A stretch of 62,555 nucleotides of DNA, counting the filler, from Asterionella formosa (Eukaryota), in NCBI GenBank assembly GCA_002256025.1. It is 5 parts of 5 records of this genome, joined end to end, with 100 filler letters (N's around TTAATTAATTAA, not from the genome) between each part and the next. Parts side by side here need not be neighbours in the genome. Positions count along the whole stretch, not along the records: positions 50,146 to 62,555 come from NKIB01007553.1; 4 more parts are not named here. One strand, 5' to 3'. The notes below the pieces were generated by a model, which worked only from the letters and a program-made list of their open reading frames with translations, did no database searches and was not told the DNA's origin. Shown here in pieces: positions 50,046 through 62,555 of the stretch; the stretch's first letter is position 1; every line of letters starts with the position of its first letter. Both the position numbers and the translations under genes were made by a program.

Positions 50046-51559
50046 NNNNNNNNNNNNNNNNNNNNNNNNNNNNNNNNNNNNNNNNNNNNTTAATTAATTA
50101 ANNNNNNNNNNNNNNNNNNNNNNNNNNNNNNNNNNNNNNNNNNNNAACGACTGGAACCGGCCAAGGACTAGCCAGAGCACCGCTGGTGAGAAGGCAGAGC
50201 CCCATGGCGAGTTCGCTGAAGCAAACTTATAGCACGATTAGTGAATGAAAATATGTCCTATTGAAGCCCTCACCCCACTTTGCGGGGCCTTCCGTAGAAG
50301 CAATATTCACCTTCTACGCGAGACGATGCAGGCTCCTGGTAATTCGGGAAGATTAGTATACATACCGGTAGGCCAGTAGAACGCTAAATAGCGATACATG
50401 GGCACCGTTTAGGCTATTGATTTTCATTGGCCAGCGTTCTGACCTGTATTCATGTGCGACTATTACTACCAAAGATAGCACAGAAATATTACAACGTCCC
50501 CCAGGTACCGGTAAGCGAAGTCATTCAATAATAAACAGGCACAGCATGGTGGAAATCCGTATGACCAAAACATATCTATGTTGAACAACCCATGCATGGA
50601 TTTATATTTTGGGCAGCCAACAGCTACCTGGCTGGTACCTGGTACCAGGTACCAGACAGCAGTAAAACCAACAGGGCATGAAATTAATTAAATAGCACAC
50701 ATCAGTAGAATGAAACATTTGGTAAACGTTTTTCTCTGTGTCCCGGCATGTGCTTTCGTCATGATATGTTCAGCGCTTGTTTATATTATGCTTACTAAAA
50801 GAGATGGAGCTAAAGAAACTAACGAGCATGCGTACCCGAAAAAAATTTCGTTCTACAGACATCACATAATATATATAACTAATGTTTTGTGCGCGCCCGG
50901 ATTTATGACGAGCCGGTCATGCATGTCGACGGTCTCATCGGCCTCCGAAACGAACAATCGGCTATGTACTGGCATTGTCGTTGTTCTGGTGTTATATTCT
51001 TCTACTTATGCCTATTGATTAAGTAACGAAGGGTCAACCAAAAAGCAAACATTCCGATCGTGGCGGCGCGATTTTACGAAAAACGCGCCAAAAAAACGAG
51101 GGAAGTCAGGTTCACCTAATTCTAGACTACTTAGAACACATATGTTATATACTGGTACACAATTTGGTTCGGAATAATTTTACATAGGAAGAGCAGTTAG
51201 CCGGATAATTAATAATTATTGTAGGTTGCGCTTCATGAGAGGCAGTGACCTAAAGTTTGTTGCAACTAACATGAACAGAGGGAGTACATAATATTGTTGT
51301 GGTGCTCTGAGAGCTACATTTAAGATTACATAAGTTAAATTTTCAAATTGATGCATCCACTTGTGTGGTGATATCATGCCTCCGCTCTCCTCTTACTTTC
51401 TATAGAGGGAGAACTGGTATAAGAGTTCCAGAATTTCACCATTGCACTGACCATGTCAGCTTTCTGCTCATCTCGTGATGATGAGCATGATGATATGATC
51501 ATCATATTGCTACTGCTAGCAGCATGAAAACTAGCAAACAAGACGCCATCATTCAGTGA

Positions 51560-52490
51560 CAGTTTGAGTGTTGACAAGCAAGGTCAGAATATGAAGTGGC
51601 AAAACCTGGCATAACGTGCTACAGCATCCATTGTCAAGTCCATTCTGGACTTTGTTCAATAGCAAGCATGACGATGGTCTCATTATTCTTTCAAGCTCCT
51701 GCAGCAACTATTCAAGCCCTGTTTTGATTCCTTTCCTCCCTTTAGGAAAAATAAAGATTTCATTGGTAGAATTTCAACAACCAAAAAGGCTTGGTGCAGA
51801 TTCCTCAGTTCCATCATTTGTCTGGCGCATGTGTTACTAGTTAGCATGGACCAGGACTTGTGGTTCCTATATAATTCTTCAAATAATTTTCGGATTAACT
51901 CATGGTTCCTTGAGTGTATAGTTGAGGTTTCAAGGCCAATGATTGTAAAAGTGCTGCTGACAAATGAAGATGCCATTGAGAGACTGCCTACAGCAGACAA
52001 AGCCACTTTGTTTGCAACTATGATCAATCAGGAAAAACCGTCATTGCAAATTGTGGGGGAGCAATGGATGGCCTAAAATGACTCTGCAATGTGCTGGAAA
52101 TGAAACACAGCAGAACCATTCTTTCTACAATGGATGGGTGCATGAACAATCTGTGACAAACTTGATTATTTTTACACCTGATGGAAAAATTCAAAGTTCT
52201 TATTTCAATGCCCCTGGTGTTCTCCATGACTCCACCATGGCAATTTGGTCATCGATCTATAATGAAATTGAAATGGTTTACAGGGATACAGGTAACAAAG
52301 TGGTTGCAGTTTCAGCATTTGCATCTAAGAAATCAAATGCAATTCTGAAATCCCATCAAGGTAACGTTGATTCGAAAGGTATTACTCGACGAATTTTTGG
52401 TATTAATCGTCAGGCAACTTCAGTCAGACAGTTTTCTGAATGGGGAATGCAATGTCTTCAGGGGTCTTTTCCTAGGATGAAAGACAATTC
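51560..52490 (+). mobile_element. PIF/Harbinger (DDE_Tnp_4-like) transposase remnant
   Basis: GAMDG, FYNGWVHEQSVTNLIIFTPDG, NAPGVLHDS, KVVAVSAF (D lost) and TSVRQFSEWGM..LQGSFPR. Frameshifted. Confidence 0.85.
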
Positions 52491-53726
52491 TCTTCTTCAA
52501 ATTGAATTTCCACTTCAATCATTATCTGGTAATGTTTTGTTGAGTTTTGCAGCAACACATTCCCATTTGTGCGATCCAATTGGCAGATGACTCAAAACAG
52601 AATCTAACAATCATGATATAACCTCATTGATTCAAAACTGTTGACCCCAACTCTGTAGGTTGCGGCGTGCCCTTTGAAAAACTAGTGGAAGATTTCTTCT
52701 GCTGTTGATGCCACCACTTGCTCTTCTTGCGACTGTTTGGTTGCTTGGAGTAGCTAATGCTATTGTGGTGTGATGATTCATTGCCATCTCCTGTTGAGGA
52801 AGACTGGGAGACACCAATAATTGATCATTTCTTGGATGAAAGACTCCAAACATTGACCTTTTAGGGATACACAAAGATTTCTGAGTATTGTACACGTATC
52901 GGTAATGAAATGCGATGGTCGTGAACAAATTATTTTTTTAATTAACGGACTATCAAAAATGACTATCTCCACAATTAGGTACTAAGAAAACATTTCGGGA
53001 AAGGAAAGTCGGAAGGGTGGACATGAAGCAATAATTGCCATTTCGGCAGTACTGGTACCTACCTGGTACACGGTAGTATGGTTAGGAGAGAGCACAAAAT
53101 ATTGGTACCTGGTGTATGCCGCCTCACCATAAACTACAAATCTAGACTTCGAAGTAGATAGCTGGTGCTAGCTATAAATATCCCTCACCTAAGTCTCAAC
53201 CTACCGGTACTCCTTTGGTCGCGCCGTGCCATGCTCTATGTCAATATTTTAGAGGCCAAAAATAACGATTCTGTCGACCTAATAAAAATTAATCGACGAT
53301 TTCATGTACAGTTATGTGTATGCTGCTTATTTCCTCTGAAATTTTGTTCGCCCATACATAAGCCTCACCATATCAACATGGATGTCATGTGTAGGACTGA
53401 TTTTCAGTTATACAAACTCACGAAGATTTAGTATATGATATCCCGCGGACTACTATTGGCATTCTTCATATGTAACTACGGGTAATCAGCGATACATATG
53501 GCTTTGATCATAAAGTGTATAAGTGTCTATGAGTTATATATATATTAGTCGTCGTCGTTTAATTACATCTGTACTGTGCGTAATAATAAGGATGTCAAAT
53601 AATATGTCTTCATCTATATATACGTGTACAACAATAATCTGTAGCTCTCTTCATTGCATCTGCGAATTTGCAACCATCACAACACAACACATTTCCAATT
53701 CATCCGTTTATACTTTATACCCTTCG

Positions 53727-56700
53727 ATGATCCATCAAGCCCACATACTCGCAACTGCTGCCATTATTCTCTTACTCCTCGTGGTCGAATCCTCACTCGC
53801 GACGAAAACTCCAAGCAATCATCACATCAGAGAAACTTCAACTTTTGAGTTCAACAATCATTTGCGACAACGGAACCTCCTTACCTTTGTGGGATGTGAA
53901 AAGAGTTACTATGAGACGAACATAGGTCTATTCACAGTAGAACCAAATGACCAAGGCCCAATGTGTAACGACGAGGAGGTATTAGCCATTGGAACTGCGA
54001 TAGAGAGCGCCTATGATGAGTTTATCAATTTGGATCAAGCACTTTCGACTGTCAAGATCACATTCAACACGACTGTGTGTCCGTCAGGAACTGCCATTGC
54101 AACAAAACGGAACAGAAGAAACCTGCGGAACAATCATTTGGACATTGGCATCATTGACATTGAGGAAGAACAGTCATGGTGGAGATCAAGGCGAGACGCT
54201 ATCTATGCTCCTCCCAAACGAACAACAAAAGAAGTCGTTGCACCCACAAGAGCAACCACTCTAGCAAGAGCAAGACCGAAGTATTCGTACCTGTGGAAAG
54301 GAAGGTACGTACCATCGTATGTTGATTCATTGAATCCTAGTTATGTAAAGAGGAAACAACGAAACGACGAGAAGCACGTGCTAATATTGATTCATTATTA
54401 TGCTGACTTCATAGTGGAACATGTCGCCTTTGTACGGTTGATAATAGCGATAAGCGACTTTTGCGAGCTCAAGAAATGAGATTAGATCGTCACCTTCAGG
54501 TTCAACGCGATCCCTATGAATTGATCGACTTCAGTTTCACAGGGTCTGGGGCTGTCCTTCCTGCAAATACCTACGTGAAAAGGCAATGGAAGGGCAGTCA
54601 CGGCTTAGTTATTAAAGCACTGCTTACCAACGGAGGGTATGCTCCACAGAGCCGGTCTAGAATCCTCGACACTGCACACCCTACGGCTAATGCAACAAAT
54701 TTCGGTAGTCCGAACGCGAACTGTGGCAGGGGAGGACCCGGGATTGGATCTGGAGGCGATCCTACCCAACCCGGTGGAAACTGCGTGGCTCAAGGAAACG
54801 TGTTAATCATCCAAGAAAGTGATACGATTGACGCCGCTGTCAACCCTAATGGGGGTGTGTTTGACTTTACTTTCTTATCGCCAACACGCGTCGTTCACAT
54901 GGGACTTATGGGTATCGAAGAGGGAACGGCAACCATGCAAGTCATGACTGATAAAAACCAAACTATCGACATCCCAATCGCAGGACTGGGGAATAATTCA
55001 GTGGAACAAGTGCACATTGGATACGTGGTTCAACACATCCAACTTACCTTGACTGGTCCAGGGGCAGTTACAGAGATTGGTATTTTCACGCCATTGAATG
55101 CAAGTGAAGCAGTTTTCTATGATCCGAAAGCAAACTTCACTTACAATATCAGCTTGTTTGAAGAGTACATTCCTTATCTTCAGTTTGATCTGTCGTACTA
55201 CCTGACGAGAAGGATCAATAGGTTATTTGGATCGATCCCAGGTGGATGCTTGGAAGATACTTGGATCCAGATTGATGTAAATCTGGAAAAGGTGAAGGAA
55301 ATTCCAGTCGCACATGAGCTCAACTGCAGCAAGCCTACATCAGTTAAATCACTTGCGTTTCAGTCGTACGTCATCTGGACTTTCGCAACTAGTTTCACTG
55401 TGCAGCATCCTGTAGAATTGACTGGGAACATGTTAAATCTTACCAGTGCACCTGAAAACAAGGAGATTACAGACGCTTTCAATGCTACCATTCAAAACGC
55501 AATCAACCTTCCCGCTGCAACCATTTTCAACGTATTGATTGCAGCTGTGAATGCTTCTTCCAAAGCTACTTGCCCGGCAGCTAAGCCCACTTTCAACGAG
55601 ACCATTTGTTCAAAGGTTTATGTCTCGTTCAGATTAGAACACCTGAATTCCGCCTACCCAAATACCATTGGGAATGCTGTAATTACAAATATGTCAGATG
55701 CAGTTAATGAAGGATATCTCCAATGCAGACATCAACAGCTTTACCCCAACTCTTCAATCCTCATAAGATCTGGCCTCGCCTGCCCCGAAACGAGCGCTGC
55801 TCCGAGTAGTGCGCCGACTAGGGCACCAACCATGCCACCTTCTACCGTCATCAACATATCCAACGCCTTTTTCATATCGAACAGTGCTGGCATTGATGAT
55901 ACGACCCTCAATACCGTTGAAAATCCATTAAGAGCAGAGCTCGAAATTGCTTACAAGCTTTTGCTGAACTACACCATAGCCATCGACGTGGCTAATGGGG
56001 TTAAGCTCATGCAAATCGGCTCAATGAGTGTTTCGACCATATCCTGTCCCAAAGGTCTGGCTGCAACATGCCATCTTGTTACGACTGGATTCGTCTTACA
56101 GTACTATCCCAGCCTTTTTTCTGGTACCCCTAACATCAATGTCATGCAAATGTCGATCAATGATGGCAACTTGATTTGTGAGCATAACCGCCTATATCCC
56201 AGCTCGCTCCTCACAGTACGATCTGGAAATAGGTGTCCGACTGATACGCTGACACCAACCGTTGCTCCAGCACCAACTGACTCTCCAACCGGCCCTCCAA
56301 CACCAACTGACTCTCCAACCGGCCCTCCAACAAGCTCCCCTCTTGCTTCTGCCACTTTGAATATAATGTTTCGCATTTTGCATCCAAGCAGTATCACGAT
56401 AGCGATGTTGAGGGATCCATCCAGTACAGCAGCCATGCAACTCTTGGCTGCTTATACCTCCGTGGTGAACACCTCCTTGGAGGGTTTTACCTCACAGAAT
56501 CCTGTGTCATATGGTGGTTATAGTCTTACAACCATTTCTGACTTGATTTGTTCTAGTTGGAGCTCTGCCGATACACTTTGTAACACCGTGAGTGCATCAG
56601 TTGTATTCAATTTCACCTCTTCTGATGCTAACGCTGAAACTACTGCATCCGACCTCATCACTGCTGCCATTACCTCTGGCAAACTCGATTGCGAGCTCAA

Positions 56701-57193
56701 GAGGCTATATCCAACCACCCTCTTGCAAGTCACCACTGGTGGGGTTTGTCCGTCTAGCGCTATAGTCTACGATAAGTTATACACAATCACGAATCAGTTT
56801 TATATTTCCAACACTGCGAATCTTTCAGATACCAACTTGATACAAACAGGGAACCCGCAAAAAGCTGAACTTGAGGCAGCCTTCAATGCCATGCTTCTCT
56901 CTTTGTTGAAAGGTCCTATTGAAAGTGGTGCTGCTGTTTTGCAAAGGCCTGGGATTATTACGAGCTTTCAAGTTGAACCAAAGTCTACATCAGTCACCGT
57001 TTGTCATTTTGTCTCAGTGGAATTCAAGCTCAAGTGTAACTCCACTTTGTTGCTTCCACTTGATGGCTTAGCTGTTTTGAACTTGGTGCAAACTGCCATC
57101 AACTATGGAACCATGATTTGCTATCACACCAAGCTATACGTGAGTTCCATTGTCAAGGTAACTACGGGTGAAACTTGCAAACAAACACTATAA
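53727..57193 (+). CDS. Large secreted Cys-repeat protein (cell-wall/extracellular candidate), 2 exons
   Basis: Signal peptide MIHQAHILATAAIILLLLVVESSLA. Intron 54305-54414 is frame-preserving (KGSGTCRLCTVDNSDKRLL). RXL motifs, a GSPN..GGPGIGSGG..GNVLIIQE domain, four repeats ending INxGxLxC..LYP..C, and PTxxPT linkers. Confidence 0.85.
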
Positions 57194-57641
57194 GGAACCC
57201 TGGACGTTGTAGAAGTATAAAGAATATTTTGGAATCTGTATGGTGCTGTTACCTTGCTACAAAAGTCGGTTGAAGTGTGTGGGTCGACAAAATAAGTCAA
57301 CCAAATATTCATAGGAGTAGACGTCCATGGGGGTCCCGAACTTGTTCAAAGTCTTCCAGTCTTTGCCGAGCATACTAGTATTAAGTGTGAAAACTTTTTC
57401 AATAGTTGCCCTGCCTAAGATGATGGACATGCCTGTTGACACCATTTGTATTGACTACACTACCTAGCTATGATCTTCGTGCTTTTTCCCTTCATAATAT
57501 CTGCTGTAATGAGTTTGTCTATCTCATCTGTGATTTATGCCACTGTAATCAATTCTTTGCAAACACAGAATGAGGGAATATGTAGTTCTCTCTTGAAAAT
57601 TATTGCCTACCTGGTGCCAGGCTCGTCTGTAAATTAAAAAA

Positions 57642-59165
57642 CCGTTAGGCCTAACACTTTTGCTGTAAGACCCACTGCCCCAAAAATTGTCAGTATGACG
57701 TCTTATTTTTTGATTGATCATAAANNNNNNNNNNNNNNNNNNNNNNNNNNNNNNNNNNNNNNNNNNNNNNNNNNNNNNNNNNNNNNNNNNNNNNNNNNNN
57801 NNNNNNNNNNNNNNNNNNNNNNNNNNNNNNNNNNNNNNNNNNNNNNNNNNNNNNNNNNNNNNGATGATCAAAAAAATCTGATTGATATCAACTAATGTAT
57901 TGGTGTTCGATCTAAAGATAGTAATCGTGAGATCAAATCAGTTATTCATTTGGTCTAACCTTTGGAATGCTAATATCAAATGAGAACTTTTAGCTTTCGA
58001 TCTAACGTTCATTGCTACAGATCTAACTAAGCAATTTCTCTCATTGATCAAACCTATTATCATGTTCGATCAATGATGAACACAAATCGAATTAAATGGA
58101 TTGCTATTTAATACTCAAATATTCAACTTCTGGTCACCCATATTTTCCACTGTGCATATGCTATCAGAATGAGTGCACAGTGGTCTTCAATACCTTAATT
58201 TTCACTTCCGGAAGCTATGTTTAGATCATTGCCTCTTCAAAATGAAATGAGAGAGTAAACGAAATTGATGATGTTTTATTCGAGCCTCTACCATTGCGAA
58301 TGGCAGCAAGTCACATTCTCTAATGATCTTGTACGACTTCCCTGTAAGAGATAATAACAACAATGTTAGCAATACTGTTGCATCAAGTAAGCTAGGCAGC
58401 AATCTAAACGAAGATATGTGCAATGAAATGATCACATGAACAATCCATCACTTCAATTTCCGTATGAGCAGGCAATGTCATATTACTTACCTTTGCTCTC
58501 ATGGTTGATTGTTGCTTCCAGTAAGAATGGTTGCAAGCCACATTCTCCAAGGTTCCTGTATGATTTTGAGGAGATAATATCAATGTTAGCAAAAGTGTTG
58601 CAATGATTAAAGCATCTCCAGCCACACATGTGCCACAAACTGATGACTTAAACAATCTATATAACTTCACGTTCCAATCGACATAACGAGCATCAAATGA
58701 GAGTATAGTAACTTACCTATGTTCTCAAGGTTGATTGATGGGTGACAGGTAGCGTTGTTAACCCTCACATCTGCATATATGGAAGGGAAAGATGTTATTG
58801 ATGTCGAAATCCAAATTATTGGACACAGACACTACAAACCCTCTGCAGCATTGTGAACAAACATTTTAAGTGCGGTTTCTTAGTACCTCGTAATTAGGTT
58901 GATTTTTATCGTTCGTCCTGAGGAAGTGTAGAAACTTTGAGTGGTAGCAGCGCAGATGAACAGCGATACAATTTTATAGTTTGCTTCCGGTCTCACACAG
59001 TACCGATCATAAGCCCCTTGGCAGCCACAGTTGAGAAGCAAAACAATCATATAACTTACCTCTTCTCACCGGTTGGTTTGATATCAGTACAAGAAGGCTC
59101 TCTATCACCATTCCCTCATCAATTTGTTATGTGGAATAGAATGCATTACTGGTATGAATTTTTGG
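57642..59165 (-). mobile_element. Non-autonomous repeat element, copy B (inverted relative to 45255-47237)
   Basis: Reverse-complement similarity throughout. The terminus ccgttaggcctaac lies next to an A-run. Confidence 0.8.
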
Positions 59166-60570
59166 CAAGTAGCACAATGAAAGACTTGCTTAGAAAAAGG
59201 GGAACATGAATGGAATACTATAAAATATGCTATTCTTTATTCTTTATTAGTTGCTTGGTTTGTTGCAACTTTTCATGAACAGAGTGGAATCACCTGTGCT
59301 GATGGTGGGAATCAAAGTTGAGTATGAAGTGCCTTGTTGTCCCACTGCATATATGACATAGCGTTGACATGTGCATCCGCCAAATTCTCAACAACGAGAA
59401 TGACAAGAACTACCCTTTCGTACGTACATGTCCACAGCTATCATACATAATAGACAACCCCTTCTTGCAAAGAATCCTTTGTACGAATTTGTACTACATC
59501 GAGAATGAACTTCCTTAGTTATCGCAACGTAAAAATATTAAAGCCCTCTATTCTTTCCGTCGGTATGTATATAGGTGGATCTACAACTTGATATCTACAT
59601 CAGCAGAGCAAGATCAAAGCCCCTACACTTGTTTCCCCAACAATGCTTTTGGTCTCGCTNNNNNNNNNNNNNNNNNNNNNNNNNNNNNNNNNNNNNNNNN
59701 NNNNNNNNNNNNNNNNNNNNNNNNNNNNNNNNNNNNNNNNNNNNNNNNNNNNNNNNNNNNNNNNNNNNNNNNNNNNNNNNNNNNNNNNNNNNNNNNNNNN
59801 NNNNNNNNNNNNNNNNNNNNNNNNNNNNNNNNNNNNNNNNNNNNNNNNNNNNNNNNNNNNNNNNNNNNNNNNNNNNNNNNNNNNNNNNNNNNNNNNNNNN
59901 NNNNNNNNNNNNNNNNNNNNNNNNNNNNNNNNNNNNNNNNNNNNNNNNNNNNNNNNNNNNNNNNNNNNNNNNNNNNNNNNNNNNNNNNNNNNNNNNNNNN
60001 NNNNNNNNNNNNNNNNNNNNNNNNNNNNNNNNNNNNNNNNNNNNNNNNNNNNNNNNNNNNNNNNNNNNNNNNNNNNNNNNNNNNNNNNNNNNNNNNNNNN
60101 NNNNNNNNNNNNNNNNNNNNNNNNNNNNNNNNNNNNNNNNNNNNNNNNNNNNNNNNNNNNNNNNNNNNNNNNNNNNNNNNNNNNNNNNNNNNNNNNNNNN
60201 NNNNNNNNNNNNNNNNNNNNNNNNNNNNNNNNNNNNNNNNNNNNNNNNNNNNNNNNNNNNNNNNNNNNNNNNNNNNNNNNNNNNNNNNNNNNNNNNNNNN
60301 NNNNNNNNNNNNNNNNNNNNNNNNNNNNNNNNNNNNNNNNNNNNNNNNNNNNNNNNNNNNNNNNNNNNNNNNNNNNNNNNNNNNNNNNNNNNNNNNNNNN
60401 NNNNNNNNNNNNNNNNNNNNNNNNNNNNNNNNNNNNNNNNNNNNNNNNNNNNNNNNNNNNNNNNNNNNNNNNNNNNNNNNNNNNNNNNNNNNNNNNNNNN
60501 NNNNNNNNNNNNNNNNNNNNNNNNNNNNNNNNNNNNNNNNNNNNNNNNNNNNNNNNNNNNNNNNNNNNNN

Positions 60571-62393
60571 ATGCCACTCTCGTAAAAAAGACACCTGTTT
60601 ACTACGATAGAAAGGCGACCCTCAGCAACACACTTATCGTGCAACATCCATCAGCTGTGAGCCCCGCCAAGTTGATCATCACGACAAACAGCAAAAATCG
60701 TCACATTCGCATGGCTTACGACGCCGTCGTCCGAGATGCGTTGAATATCCCCAAGGCTAACATCACAAGTACCGAGATAACTAGCGCCACTTCAACTACC
60801 TGCCCGGGATCTTCGACCCCCTCGAGCTTCGTTTGTTCCAGTGTCAACATTAGGTTCTTCATCCAGTACAACACTTCCTCGTTCCCTGGAGGAGATCCAG
60901 CGACTGCGGCAGGCACTGCAGTCAACAACGCCATTAACAAGGGGAAACTTCAGTGCCGCCTTGTCCAGCGGTATCCTGCTTCGACACTGAAGTTTATTAC
61001 GGGCGGAGCATGTTCGGAAACTAGCCTGCCACCGACTATTGCGCCAACCCGAGCTCCTACTTCGCGCTTTACCACCACTGCCACGGCTAGCAATAATTTC
61101 TTCATTTCCCACAACAGTCCTAATGTTATTTCAATCACCTCACTCAATATCAATGGAAACGCATATCGAACCGAGCTCAAGAAAGCATACAATTCGCTAC
61201 TCAGCAAGACAATCGCCAGTTTCTTGGACAAGGGTGCCATTGTTAACAGGATAAGCAGATTGAATGTCACGGATACTAGTTGTCCTATGGGCTTTTCAGC
61301 GACATGTTACATCGCCTCGGCAGGTTTTACGCTTAGGTATGATCCCAAGGACTTTCCTGGAATGAACCCTGGACTCGATGCAAGCAATCTCATGCAAGCA
61401 TCCATTAATGCTGGCAATTTGATATGTGAGCATAAACGCCTCTATCCTAGCTCTCTCCTTACAGTGCGATCCGGAAATAAATGTCACACCGATACGCCAC
61501 CACCTACCAGTTCTCCAACTCGAGCATCTCCTATCGGGAAAGCTGTTTCGATCGCTACAATCGCCAACGTCTTTACTACTACCAATACTGGAGGCATAAC
61601 GACTGGCGCCTTGATCGATCCATCCAGTTCGGCATCCGCGAACCTCTTGGCTGCATATATCTCCTTGGTCGAGGCGCGCGTGAACATTTACCTGTCTCAA
61701 GGTACTTTGAGCTATGGTGACTACAAGATAACGAAAGTTTCATTGGTGACTTGTCCCACTGGTTATCCCAGTGGCTCCGTTTGCAATAGCATCACTGCTA
61801 TATTTCAACTCAACTATACTGCCTCAGATTTTGCCACTGAGCCTGCAACACCCATTTCAAATTTTGTTCAAGATGCCATTAACCAGGGACAACTTGATTG
61901 TGAATTGGAAAAGCTCACTGCTGCTTTGCAAATTGTCAGAGGATGTCCTGCCACTAACCCTATGGTATATGATACAACATCCACTGTCTCCACCGGTTTT
62001 CAAATTTCCAACACCAAAGGCATTACGAGTACACTTCTGCAGCAACCAGGCAACATACAGAAGGCAGGACTAGCAGCATCCTACGATGCTATGATTTCTG
62101 TCGTATTGCGAGATTTCCTAGCCAGAGGTGCTGTCATTGATGGAGCCGCCACAGTGGATCTATTCAATACTGAGAGTTCTTGTCTAGCTGGAGCCATTTG
62201 TCATTTTGTGACTGCCACCTTCAAGCTCAAATCAAATAGAAAGGATTTTTCAGAGGGAAATGTCGGGCAAAATGCACTTAGCTTGATCGTCAAAGCCATT
62301 GGTGCTGGGACTTTCATTTGCTATCATACCAAGGTCGCGCCCAGCTCCGACCTTGCGATACGATCTGGTGTCAAATGCCCTACGGAAATATAA
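60571..62393 (+). CDS. Paralog of the secreted Cys-repeat protein, 3' part (5' end in gap)
   Basis: Same four repeats in the same order (GKLQC, GNLICEHKRLYPSSLLTVRSGNKC, GQLDCEL, GTFICYHTK). Confidence 0.85.
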
Positions 62394-62555
62394 CGTTCGT
62401 TACTTTCCCTATCTTTATGTCGTCTCCCCCCTTGAAACGAAATTCACTCCAAACAAATACTTGTTACATTTTCCTGTGCTGTGTGCTAACTACTCAAGAG
62501 TCTAATGTTTGTTATGGGATTCAATCATTCAGGCTTTTTCGTTGTAACCCACCCC

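Noticed and set aside
59575..60647. Long ORFs of 320-350 aa in several frames
   Set aside because: They consist almost entirely of N-gap translation.

Overview
Eukaryotic draft-assembly window, most likely a diatom. Evidence for this: short GT-AG introns, bipartite plastid-type presequences, CoDi-like Copia and Gypsy remnants, and RXL-motif secreted proteins. Apparently intact host genes are a presequence-bearing omega-3/Delta12-type fatty acid desaturase, a riboflavin kinase, a PSP1-domain protein, a TPR-like protein, a 5-exon RTF1 (Paf1C, Plus3), a peroxisomal enoyl-CoA hydratase (SKL), a solitary 5S rRNA gene, a coiled-coil protein cut by a gap, and two tandem secreted Cys-repeat proteins. 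Much of 25-53 kb is TE-rich or decayed: Copia with in-frame gag-TAG-pol, Harbinger remnant, LRR/ARM/HECT/ankyrin pseudogenes, a degenerate 2OG-Fe(II) oxygenase-like gene, and several non-autonomous elements with subterminal motif arrays. The most notable observations are about a dozen histone-tail-like GGK(A/Q/S)L motifs in the RTF1 N-terminus, a possible stop-readthrough with a hydrophobic insert in the Copia element, a 72-bp-arm hairpin, and an array of dyad CCAATACAAGG sites. All calls were made by eye; no database searches were run.
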